Positions 1 to 7,656 of a stretch of 20,000 bases of DNA are shown in pieces. Source of the stretch: an uncultured virus (IMG/VR IMGVR_UViG_3300031772_000015) (Duplodnaviria > Heunggongvirae > Uroviricota > Caudoviricetes); IMG/VR virus record IMGVR_UViG_3300031772_000015. One strand, written 5' to 3'. Numbering within the stretch: the first letter of the stretch is position 1; each line of letters starts with the position of its first letter. A model generated the notes under the pieces. That model was not told the DNA's origin. It saw only the letters and a list, made by a program, of their open reading frames with translations, and did no database searches. The translations under genes and the position numbers were made by a program.

Positions 1-271
1 CGTTCGCCCCATCGGCCTCACTTTGCGACTTGCAAGTCACAATAGTCTCTTGTAATTTTGTCACCAGCCGTTGCATTTGCGACACCGGTGCGCCCGGTAC
101 GCCGACCGTCGCGTAATTTCCGAGCATATCAATTGTCGCATTGCATCCCATGATGGCTTGTTGCCAAAGTCGTTTACTCTCCGTCTCCAAGAAGCTGGCA
201 GACACCACCGGATCGGGTTTCACTGGTTCTGGTTTCTCAGGACAATTGCGACAACGACGTTTGCGTCTCAT
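1..271 (-). CDS. Hypothetical protein, 3'-truncated by the window edge (MRRKRRCRNCPEKPEPVKPDPVV...)
   Basis: Manual translation: ATG at 271, 2 nt after the TAA of the thioredoxin gene, open to the window edge. Not in the ORF track. Confidence 0.7.
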   Translation of the reverse strand, partial: MRRKRRCRNCPEKPEPVKPDPVVSASFLETESKRLWQQAIMGCNATIDMLGNYATVGVPGAPVSQMQRLVTKLQETIVTCKSQSEADGAN

Positions 272-273
272 AG

Positions 274-645
274 TTACCGCCGCACGATGTTGACCACCAC
301 CGATATGTCATTCGTCCGTTGAACATTGCGACCGCCAACATAGACGAAATAAGTCGGCACACTGGTCACACCATACTTTCGTGCTAAATCAGGGCGTGCG
401 TCGATGTCAACGACTTGAACTTCAACGCCCATCGCCGCCACTTGAACCAAGACCGCCTTATCACGTTGGCATGGGGCACACCATGACGCTGAAAACACAA
501 GCACTTTGACCTGCGCACACCTATTATCAATCGGTATTGGAGCCACAGGAGACGGCCGGATACAACCACCTGCCCACAACACGGCTGCCAACACAAAACA
601 CATTGGCAATACAAACAAACAAGTGAATGTTCGGAATTGTTTCAT
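274..645 (-). CDS. Exported thioredoxin-family protein, probable lipoprotein
   Basis: FSASWCAPC active site, VDID...LARKYGVTSVPT cis-Pro motif, hydrophobic N-terminus ending WAGGC (lipobox-like), RBS AGGAG. Confidence 0.9.
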   Translation of the reverse strand: MKQFRTFTCLFVLPMCFVLAAVLWAGGCIRPSPVAPIPIDNRCAQVKVLVFSASWCAPCQRDKAVLVQVAAMGVEVQVVDIDARPDLARKYGVTSVPTYFVYVGGRNVQRTNDISVVVNIVRR

Positions 646-687
646 TGGAATCTCCTACCGTTTTCTCTGGACTTGCTTTCGGAAGTC

Positions 688-726
688 AAGAGAGAACGTC
701 CCGGCACAATTTCTTGTGCCGGGACG
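688..726 (-). terminator. Probable intrinsic terminator after the 136-aa membrane protein gene
   Basis: Perfect 13-bp stem CGTCCCGGCACAA-GAAA-TTGTGCCGGGACG (697-726) followed on the minus strand by TTCTCTCTT. Confidence 0.7.
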
Positions 727-743
727 AAGATGCTTTGAGTCGC

Positions 744-1154
744 TTACGAAACCTTGGCGACCGGCGCGGTTTGGACCGCAGTCGGATCACTCGGTTTCAC
801 GGCGTCGGCCAACTTCGCGGCGATCAATGCACGACCGGCTTCGGTCTGCAACTTCTTGACCAACACGCGCTCGAACACCTGGTCAAATTCCTTGACCACG
901 GCGTCTTCACCAGTCAGAAACATCTTGGCAAGCTGCTTCATCTTTTCAGCCATGCCAGAGTAGTCGCCGACCGAATAGTCGATCAGAAAGTTCGGAATCT
1001 GCACGAGACCGTAATTGGTCAGAGCGGCAGCCAGATGGGCTGCACCGCGCCGACGATCCTCGACTTCGGTGTCCTTCTGAAAGAACCACTTGGCAGCCAG
1101 AAAGCCCACAGCCACGACGAGAACAAGAATGACAAGATGCACGAGAGAGATCAT
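744..1154 (-). CDS. Single-pass membrane protein (N-terminal TM, helical soluble domain)
   Basis: MISLVHLVILVLVVAVGFLAAKWFF hydrophobic segment, RBS GAGG, followed by a terminator hairpin. Confidence 0.8.
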   Translation of the reverse strand: MISLVHLVILVLVVAVGFLAAKWFFQKDTEVEDRRRGAAHLAAALTNYGLVQIPNFLIDYSVGDYSGMAEKMKQLAKMFLTGEDAVVKEFDQVFERVLVKKLQTEAGRALIAAKLADAVKPSDPTAVQTAPVAKVS

Positions 1155-1220
1155 GTTTGTACCTCAGTTTGTTTCGGACAGTTGAAAGGAACGTGGAGAC
1201 ACGGGACCGGCAGCAGTGGA

Positions 1221-1907
1221 CTACTTCTTCGCGTAAGTTTTCTTCCACTGATACGCCACGCCCGCGCCAACCCCGGCAACGAGCATGAGAACAATCAGCC
1301 AAACAGGCGGTAGGTCGGATTCCACTTCGGGAACGTCCGGCGCATCGGGCGGTCCAATCGGTTGCGGTTCAGGATCAGGATCAGGATTGGGATTGGGATT
1401 GGGATTCGGTTGCGGACACGGGCAACGTCGTTCCATCTCTCGCCGCCACGGCAGAATAGGGAAGATACCTTCCGACATCTGGACACCGTTAGCAAGCGCA
1501 CCGTAAAGGCCCTGTGAAGTCATCGGGATATTCTTACCACAAGCCTGATAAACCACGGAGCCGTCCGAACGTTGCAAACGCACGCAAGGCAGAGCCGTAA
1601 TCTTGTACAAGCCAGTGGTCATCGCATACCGTTCGCGGTAAATGGCCGTATCCGTAGCGACCGGGCAAAAATGAACGGTGTCACGCAATTTCTTCATCTT
1701 GGCGTCGGTATTGAACCACCCCAGCACGCGCTGGTAGTTGGCATCACCGATGGCACCAACCACACTGATATACCATCCACCCTGGTCTTGGGGCAGATTG
1801 ATGACGCGCTCTTCGCAGATCACACCATTCACACCATCCGCAACACACGGATAGACGCTCGCAAACGAAGCGAGCAACACACACACAAGCAGAATCAGTC
1901 GATTCAT
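1221..1907 (-). CDS. Secreted, C-terminally membrane-anchored protein with a probable CxxC-less thioredoxin-like domain and Pro-rich linker
   Basis: Signal peptide; ITALPCVRLQRSDGSVVYQACG resembles the Trx cis-Pro/beta-hairpin; (PN)n(PD)n linker; C-terminal TM plus KKTYAKK tail; RBS GAGG. Confidence 0.75.
   Translation of the reverse strand: MNRLILLVCVLLASFASVYPCVADGVNGVICEERVINLPQDQGGWYISVVGAIGDANYQRVLGWFNTDAKMKKLRDTVHFCPVATDTAIYRERYAMTTGLYKITALPCVRLQRSDGSVVYQACGKNIPMTSQGLYGALANGVQMSEGIFPILPWRREMERRCPCPQPNPNPNPNPDPDPEPQPIGPPDAPDVPEVESDLPPVWLIVLMLVAGVGAGVAYQWKKTYAKK
1366..1415. repeat. Degenerate 6-bp coding tandem repeat encoding PQPNPNPNPNPDPDPEP
   Basis: GGATCA/GGATTG units visible on the + strand. 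Confidence 0.85.
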
Positions 1908-1937
1908 GGGTTTTCCTCTTTGTTAGGAGTTTAACTG

Positions 1938-2495
1938 TTACTGTGAGAGTGGAGCCGCCGGAGTATAGATCGGCGTCACGGCCCAACCGTGGCTGGCTTT
2001 CCACTCAGCTATCAGGGTTTCACGCGGAACCCAGCGGTACTTGGAGACATTGTTATTATCCAAAATTGCAGCCCACTTTGCGTCCAGGTGGACAAGAGCG
2101 ATCATGTGGGCACCCCCCATGACCGTGATTCCGCAACCTCGGCGTGTTTGACAGGCCCATTCCAGGAACCTCACGTCTCCATTGATCGTGTATGCGTAAC
2201 GGATTTTTTCGTGGTCAAACTTGGCGGCCAAATCATCCGGCCACTCACCATTCCCCTGCGTCTGCCGCCAGCGATCAGCCGTCTTATAGCGACCTTGCCA
2301 GCGAAAGAGTGAGATCATTGTGGCATGGACGCATGAACCCTCACCTTGACTCCCGAGCCAATTGCTCTGTCGCATACCAAGAGGCACATTGACTGTGGGA
2401 TACTCCTTCGTGACCGGACGAGATACCCCGGATAACATCCCGTCGCATCCTATTAAGGACACAAACAGGAAAAAAGCTACAATGAATTTAGACAT
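1938..2495 (-). CDS. Lipoprotein papain-like (C39-like) cysteine peptidase
   Basis: Lipobox LIGC after hydrophobic core; Q..GSCVHA (catalytic Cys), GAHMIALV (His), ILDNN (Asp/Asn) in papain-like order. Confidence 0.75.
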   Translation of the reverse strand: MSKFIVAFFLFVSLIGCDGMLSGVSRPVTKEYPTVNVPLGMRQSNWLGSQGEGSCVHATMISLFRWQGRYKTADRWRQTQGNGEWPDDLAAKFDHEKIRYAYTINGDVRFLEWACQTRRGCGITVMGGAHMIALVHLDAKWAAILDNNNVSKYRWVPRETLIAEWKASHGWAVTPIYTPAAPLSQ

Positions 2496-2965
2496 GCAAA
2501 TTCTCCGTAATGTTTCAAGGCAGCTTCGTTATAGGCTCTTGCGGCAGCCTGTGGATCGTCAAAGTAGCCAAAATATTGTCGGTGGCCATCAACACCTATT
2601 TGTGCGACCCATTTATTCACGGTACTGTGCGGATACACACCCTTGTAACCTGACGTATTTGTGTCCGGCTTATTTGAATTCACATTATTCTGTGACCGCG
2701 TTGCAACACGCAAGTTACAAAATTGATTGTTCAACCCATTGCCATCCACATGATCCACGTCCACACCCTGAACATTTAAGCCACGCCGTTCAACAATAAG
2801 TCGGTGCATGAAAATATGCCGACGTACTTTACCCGTTTATTGGATTCGCTCAGCGTAACCCGTTCGTCGGCGACGGTGAAATTGCCATTTCCATTGTGAC
2901 AAATCTGCATAGTCACAATCATCAACTAACACGGTCTCGCCACCGACCAATTGGACTGTCTTCAC
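2477..2965 (-). pseudogene. HNH-AP2 homing endonuclease interrupted by an in-frame TAA at 2837-2839 (a 110-aa restart product 2477-2809 is possible)
   Basis: VDHVDGNGLNN..NLR (HNH) and SGYKGV..KWVAQI..FGYF..AAARAYN (AP2). The upstream in-frame segment from GTG 2965 (MKTVQLVGGETVLVDDCDYADLSQWKW..GYA) matches the family's typical N-terminus. Confidence 0.75.
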
Positions 2966-3588
2966 TACTTCAGTCTCCGACGTTTTCGCAAAATCTCATG
3001 GTGACGTAAATGTCGAACCAGTCGATTAGGCGACCAACGCGAAACATTATCCGTCGCACACAAACCCACGACCGAATATGCCGCCATTACCATTTCGGAA
3101 CAAAAAATCGAAGTCAAATCCTGCTCTCGCAAAAGACCCTCGATCCATGACAAACCAACACCGGCCGAACGAAATGCGCCCATTTCATCGTATGGTGTGT
3201 GAAGTGTGTCCAACAAAAACTTATTAAGCCGCACACGCTCAAAATCATAGAGTGGCCGGTAAAGTGGATAGTGCCAAACCTTCCCTCGGTATTCCTGTAA
3301 TCGAGGGCCAATATGAAACGCCTGTGACCCGCGAAATGGTTTACCGTTGATTGCACATGGCAAGTCGGATGTTGATTCAGTAGACTCAAAGAGCAAAAGT
3401 TCAGGATCGGTTTTACCTGGAAATGTGTACTCTCCAACAATCCCGATATGACTCAAACCCCACCACGGCACGCCATACGTCGCAATGTTGATTATCCAAC
3501 TCAACCAATGGTCGCCCGAGTACCCAACAATGTCACCCGGAGCGAGTTGGTCGATGCTTGCGAGTTGTGGGCGGTATCGAAAGATCAT
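2965..3588 (-). CDS. Permuted papain-like NlpC/P60 enzyme (YiiX/YebB-like)
   Basis: LAPGDIV, SHIGIV (His before Cys), PYD, IFCSEMV (catalytic Cys), SPNRL; no signal peptide. Confidence 0.85.
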   Translation of the reverse strand: MIFRYRPQLASIDQLAPGDIVGYSGDHWLSWIINIATYGVPWWGLSHIGIVGEYTFPGKTDPELLLFESTESTSDLPCAINGKPFRGSQAFHIGPRLQEYRGKVWHYPLYRPLYDFERVRLNKFLLDTLHTPYDEMGAFRSAGVGLSWIEGLLREQDLTSIFCSEMVMAAYSVVGLCATDNVSRWSPNRLVRHLRHHEILRKRRRLK

Positions 3589-3745
3589 TCGTCACTCGAC
3601 TCGATTGAACCAGTGTATTGATGTTGGCAACACGCCTTTTATCACTCACAGCTTGATCGGATGCCCAACAATCCTCACAACGTCGCTCATTGAACATTGC
3701 CGGATGGATGGTACAAATCTCACACCAAACCGGATTCAATGACAT
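3533..3745 (-). CDS. Small hypothetical protein with two CxxC motifs (possible Zn finger)
   Basis: CEIC...CEDC; starts 3 nt after the terS-like stop; overlaps the next gene by 56 nt. Confidence 0.55.
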   Translation of the reverse strand: MSLNPVWCEICTIHPAMFNERRCEDCWASDQAVSDKRRVANINTLVQSSRVTNDLSIPPTTRKHRPTRSG

Positions 3746-3748
3746 TCT

Positions 3749-4318
3749 TTACTCAATTGGTGCGGACAAAGCGCGGGGTGTTGAAGTCTCAGTGTTGCCC
3801 GCGTGTTGAATCGTTGCAATGATGTCAAGAATAATCGTGTCCACCAACTGTTCGTAATTCGGGACGCCTTCCAACCGATCCACGATGATCTGACAAATTT
3901 GTTGACCTAATCGAAGCACGGATTGACGAGCCAAAAGAGCACCAAGACTTTGCTCGATGGCGTGAGCGGACTTGACGAGGCGTTCAACCGTAATGAAAAG
4001 TTGGTTAAGTGAGCCACAAGCATTGAGTAAGTCGGCGTCTGTTTGGATCAAGTTGAAACGTCGTTCAATCAACATCCGAGCAAGTGCGATCTCGTCCCGG
4101 AGTGACTTGACATCCTCGTGTTCAGCAAACTGAGCCAACCGCGTTCGATCATCAGCCTTGGCGAGAAGATACTGTCGCAGACTACGACTAGGTGCCCGGT
4201 CTACCCCTGAATGTAGTACACAAAATTCTGACCCATCCGGGGCCACGCACACACATTGCCCGGCACGAGTGCCTGCCTTACAACGCCGGGGGTCAGCTAA
4301 GTCGGTAACGTGGTCCAC
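3749..4318 (-). CDS. Probable terminase small subunit (HGGxSTG-like Zn knuckle plus helical oligomerisation region)
   Basis: RCKAGTRAGQC...FCVLHSG N-terminal motif and SLRDEIALAR motif, as seen in phage terS-like proteins; RBS AGAGG before GTG. Confidence 0.6.
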   Translation of the reverse strand: MDHVTDLADPRRCKAGTRAGQCVCVAPDGSEFCVLHSGVDRAPSRSLRQYLLAKADDRTRLAQFAEHEDVKSLRDEIALARMLIERRFNLIQTDADLLNACGSLNQLFITVERLVKSAHAIEQSLGALLARQSVLRLGQQICQIIVDRLEGVPNYEQLVDTIILDIIATIQHAGNTETSTPRALSAPIE

Positions 4319-4452
4319 ACATAATCCTCTCTACATACAATATCGGCCAAAAGCGTCAAAACCTGCATCGAATCTAGCAAAATCGCGCTGGTTTATACGC
4401 CATCCAAGAAATACCCATCTAATGGGTTAAGAGATGGCAAAAGAAGATGCGT

Positions 4453-4683
4453 TTACACGCACTGAGTATCGCGGTCAAAGCCTTGAACCACGATGATCCG
4501 GCCGCCCAACTCAAAGTAAGCGTGCTCGAACTCGTCCCCGCCGTCAAGACGGCCAAGGGTACTGTGCCCATCCACATGGACACGGGTGCCCAGTGGCAAA
4601 CGCTTCCGAACGTCCCCACGCGGCACGAAACGAAAGATAATCTCAGAATGATCGTCTTTGTAGAAAGCCGAATAGACTCTCAC
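4453..4683 (-). CDS. Hypothetical protein
   Basis: GTGA overlap with the upstream stop and GAGGAG 8 nt upstream. An antisense ORF (4447-4767 +) competes. Confidence 0.5.
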   Translation of the reverse strand: MRVYSAFYKDDHSEIIFRFVPRGDVRKRLPLGTRVHVDGHSTLGRLDGGDEFEHAYFELGGRIIVVQGFDRDTQCV

Positions 4684-4985
4684 CGGCATAACTCCTCGTC
4701 CAACTCAGCCTGCCAGCGCCGTACCGCCAACCGATATGGGTCCACAGCACTATACCCGCTGGCATAAATCAAGACACCAACGAAAAGAGCCGTCGTCGGG
4801 TATCCAGCACACCACACCAACAACGCGATGCTCGCGGCCACAATACGGCAACCTAACCGCCATCGGTCATGGCGTTCCTGTGTCTCCAAATCCATCCGTT
4901 GACGCAGGTAACGGCGCAAATCCTGAACCCGTTTCACGCCTTGCAGATTATTGTGGCGGGCTACCGCATCTCGTATCGTATCCAT
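4680..4985 (-). CDS. Hypothetical membrane protein (two TM segments)
   Basis: ATG 4985 coupled to the upstream TAA (TAATG); IVAASIALLVWCAGYPTTALFVGVLIYA hydrophobic hairpin. Confidence 0.7.
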   Translation of the reverse strand: MDTIRDAVARHNNLQGVKRVQDLRRYLRQRMDLETQERHDRWRLGCRIVAASIALLVWCAGYPTTALFVGVLIYASGYSAVDPYRLAVRRWQAELDEELCR

Positions 4986-5305
4986 TATGGTGCTCTCAGT
5001 GAAGGTTGAAGTCTCGTGGTTGTCCCATCCTTGTGCCGCACAAAGTTGTATACCATGCACGCATAATGCCCATTGACATCACGCGGGCCGTCAAATGGGT
5101 CCGGCCGCCGCGCCCGCATAGCATTGTCACGTTGCAACCGCTCAATTCGCGTCAGCCACTCGGGCTTGAACCCAAAGGTCGCCACGGTACTGATGTCAAT
5201 TCCCTGCGCCTGCACCGCCGCCCACAGGTCCAACTCGGCAAGCAACTTCGCTTGTTCGGCCCGTTTCGCTTTGATTGACTCAAGTAGTTCTTGGGCGGGT
5301 GTCAT
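4985..5305 (-). CDS. Hypothetical protein
   Basis: Co-directional ORF with a coiled-coil-like N-terminus, coupled to the next gene. Confidence 0.7.
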   Translation of the reverse strand: MTPAQELLESIKAKRAEQAKLLAELDLWAAVQAQGIDISTVATFGFKPEWLTRIERLQRDNAMRARRPDPFDGPRDVNGHYACMVYNFVRHKDGTTTRLQPSLRAP

Positions 5306-5322
5306 TGGTTTCTTTCAAGAAA

Positions 5323-5393
5323 GGGGTCAGGTGAGACTCGAACTCACACTGGACTGCATTGTCTGCGCGCCTCTACATTGGGCTACTGACCCC
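5323..5393 (-). tRNA. tRNA-like element / pseudo-tRNA with a non-canonical anticodon arm (identity undetermined)
   Basis: GGGGTCAG/CTGACCCC acceptor stem, TA at 8-9, GCC..GGC D-stem, perfect T-arm GTGAG-TTCGAGT-CTCAC. The anticodon region is about 2 nt short with only a GCA/TGC stem; no encoded CCA. Confidence 0.7.
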
Positions 5394-5889
5394 GTGAACG
5401 TTTAGTTCCTAAAAGTCCGTTACTCCGACGATTCTTATTTGATTGTGAACGTGTCGCCCACCGACAATTTGATGGTTTGTAATCCCCGTCATTATTGATG
5501 TGATCCAACAGGAATTTGCTTTCCACGTATCCATTAGCCATCGCCCATTGATAAAATGACACGAAATCCCACCACACTTTAGCGACCCTTATTCCACGGC
5601 CGCCATAATCCTTAAACTGCTTAAAGTTTGGATTATAGCAACGTGTGAACATATCTTGCCAAAGTCGATACAACTTTGTGTGCGACCGACCATGTGTACG
5701 AGTTGTCTTACCCAATCGTCGGCACGCCAAACCGCCACATGAAACAATCTTCCCACACCGCAAGTCACTTGCCCACACGTCTTTAACCACACCACACGCA
5801 CACCGAACTTTCACTTTATAGTGAACACCTGGAACCCAATAGGGTTTAGCAAGCACGGTCAAACGTCCAAACTGGTCGCCTTGCGTCAC
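5383..5889 (-). CDS. Phage HNH-like homing endonuclease (FGRLTV / YGGRGI / NCRWAT family)
   Basis: GDQFGRLTV, CACG, HGRSHTKLY..W..M..RC, YGGRGI, DHINNDGDY.PSNCRWAT motifs. Confidence 0.85.
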   Translation of the reverse strand: MTQGDQFGRLTVLAKPYWVPGVHYKVKVRCACGVVKDVWASDLRCGKIVSCGGLACRRLGKTTRTHGRSHTKLYRLWQDMFTRCYNPNFKQFKDYGGRGIRVAKVWWDFVSFYQWAMANGYVESKFLLDHINNDGDYKPSNCRWATRSQSNKNRRSNGLLGTKRSRGQ

Positions 5890-7301
5890 AATGCAATCTC
5901 CACCACCATCCGCAGTAAAAAGTCTTGAAAATCCCGACTACAATCTGTCGCTTTTGTACACCAATGCACACACTCTTCAAGGGCCGTCTTCACCAGCGTC
6001 TTGCTCATGCCGCTCGCGTGGTCGTCCGCCAGGTAGACTCCTGTGCTGTCACAGAACCCAAACACTCGGCTGCCTGCATCCATAATATCTCGGAAACAAC
6101 CCACCGGCGGTTTCGTTTTGCCGTTTGTCAGATTCAAACCTTCCAACCAGCCCCACGCCATGTCAACGGCGTGCTGAGCATAGTCGGTCGCGGGCAGAAT
6201 CTCGCGGCCCTTCTGTTCGTTCTCAGAGAGAAGGCGCTTGGCAGTCGGCAACTCGAAGCGTTCAGCGACCTCAGCCCAACCAGGGGCCTTGACCACAGCG
6301 GCCGGGCGTCCCTTGCGTTGCACGAAGTCAATCTGCCCCACATCACGCACCAGTACGGCGTCCCCAGCCGTTACCTGCCAGGCTTGCTGCCAGGCTTTCT
6401 TCTGTTCGGGTTTCGGTGTCTGCCACGACGGGCAGATGTAGTAAGGGTCCAACTCAGCCTCGAACGTCTCTTCACCATCCGTCAGACTCTTGAAAACGGC
6501 CGCCAAGAGACCCGAATCAGCCCCGGCCATGAGTCGGGAACAAGCCGCCTTGACCTCGTACTCACTACTGTTGCGACTCTCGTCGATGTGCAACTCTGAC
6601 GCCCGGAAATTGTAGTCGAACAAAGATCGCTTCTTGCACTCGCCAACCTCGCGCACCAAGACGCCCTCGCGGTAGATCATCGCTGTCTGACCGTCCCCGA
6701 TATTACGGTTGGTCTTCGGCAGAATCGACTTCTTGACTTGCGAAGGATCAGACGAAAAATGCAAGAACCGCCGAGGCAGTTCACCATAATAGCGTTGCAC
6801 GTCTTCATTGACTTGCACGTAGACTCGCGTGTAGCCGTCGCGTGCCCGTGGTTCATCAACCAAGGACACTCGCAAATCCTCACTCAATATGGCTGGTCCG
6901 ATGTCGCCCTTCTCGCGGATCGTTCGGTCGATGGCGTTGCTGACAAACTCCCGCAAGGCCATCGCCAGGTTCGTCCAGTCGAGTGCCCCAAAGTCCAAGA
7001 CCCAACCAGTATCAACCGTCCGGGTACTGGTGCCACCCAGCTTACAGTACACTCGTTTGATCGGCGTCTTCACCAGGCCATCGTCAATCACTTCATCGCG
7101 CGTCTGGAAGTCCAACTTCGTCTTACCGCAGTAAATCGTCACCGTCAACCCAGCCCGAAGCAACGTGTTGATGGCGTGCTTCGCCCCGCTGCCGAATTGT
7201 CCGATTGTACCGGATACTCCACAGTCACGGGTTGTGCTAACACCCAGTAATATGAAACCCTCGACACACGCAATCCCAGGATTTTGGACCATCAGATACA
7301 T
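5886..7301 (-). CDS. GHKL-type ATPase with rearranged (permuted) motif order and a C-terminal zincin-like motif
   Basis: NPG (G1-like), IGQFGSG (G2, aa 33-39), REFVSNAID (N-box, aa 117-125), GYTRVYV (G3-like); C-terminal LEECVH. Confidence 0.7.
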   Translation of the reverse strand: MYLMVQNPGIACVEGFILLGVSTTRDCGVSGTIGQFGSGAKHAINTLLRAGLTVTIYCGKTKLDFQTRDEVIDDGLVKTPIKRVYCKLGGTSTRTVDTGWVLDFGALDWTNLAMALREFVSNAIDRTIREKGDIGPAILSEDLRVSLVDEPRARDGYTRVYVQVNEDVQRYYGELPRRFLHFSSDPSQVKKSILPKTNRNIGDGQTAMIYREGVLVREVGECKKRSLFDYNFRASELHIDESRNSSEYEVKAACSRLMAGADSGLLAAVFKSLTDGEETFEAELDPYYICPSWQTPKPEQKKAWQQAWQVTAGDAVLVRDVGQIDFVQRKGRPAAVVKAPGWAEVAERFELPTAKRLLSENEQKGREILPATDYAQHAVDMAWGWLEGLNLTNGKTKPPVGCFRDIMDAGSRVFGFCDSTGVYLADDHASGMSKTLVKTALEECVHWCTKATDCSRDFQDFLLRMVVEIAL

Positions 7302-7335
7302 CGTTTGTTCTCCGGTTTGTTCTTGAACCTACTCA

Positions 7336-7363
7336 ATCATACCATGTGTTTCGGAGAAGTCAA
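7336..7363 (-). promoter_or_regulatory. Sigma70-like promoter upstream of the GHKL gene
   Basis: TTGACT-N16-TATGAT with an extended -10 TG, in an intergenic gap. Confidence 0.65.
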
Positions 7364-7656
7364 ATCAATTTTGCCCCGCACCCAGGGCAATCCGTAATCA
7401 GGCCAGGATTCCGATGCCACGGATGATCGCACTCCACCGGCCGCTTTGCCCACTGGGCAAAAGACGAGAGGTAGAGGGTGTACTGTTTCCCCTTCTGCTC
7501 GAAAAGGACGCCCGGTTCATCCGGCGGTTTGGTCCCCCACGCCCCGAGCCAATGCGGCGGCCGATGCTCGTCACCAATCGCCAGAACGGTGCGCTGCGTG
7601 CGCCCGGCCCCACGATTCACGTATGTCACGCCAACTTGAATTTCAACTGGACTCAT
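7360..7656 (-). CDS. Hypothetical protein (C-terminal C..H...CxxC)
   Basis: ATGA-coupled co-directional ORF. Confidence 0.7.
   Translation of the reverse strand: MSPVEIQVGVTYVNRGAGRTQRTVLAIGDEHRPPHWLGAWGTKPPDEPGVLFEQKGKQYTLYLSSFAQWAKRPVECDHPWHRNPGLITDCPGCGAKLI

Noticed and set aside
627..1313. Long plus-strand ORFs (also 5925-6599, 7903-8475, 14269-14862 and others)
   Set aside because: Antisense shadows of well-supported minus-strand genes, with no motifs.
2837..2839. Stop-codon recoding or an alternative genetic code suggested by the in-frame TAA
   Set aside because: Single case; TAA, TAG and TGA all terminate other genes cleanly and coding density is high under code 11.
4447..4767. Plus-strand 106-aa ORF that reads fairly protein-like
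   Set aside because: It is the codon-aligned antisense of 4453-4683(-), which has GTGA coupling and an RBS, and it overlaps the 4680-4985 gene. Not fully excluded; a homology search would decide.
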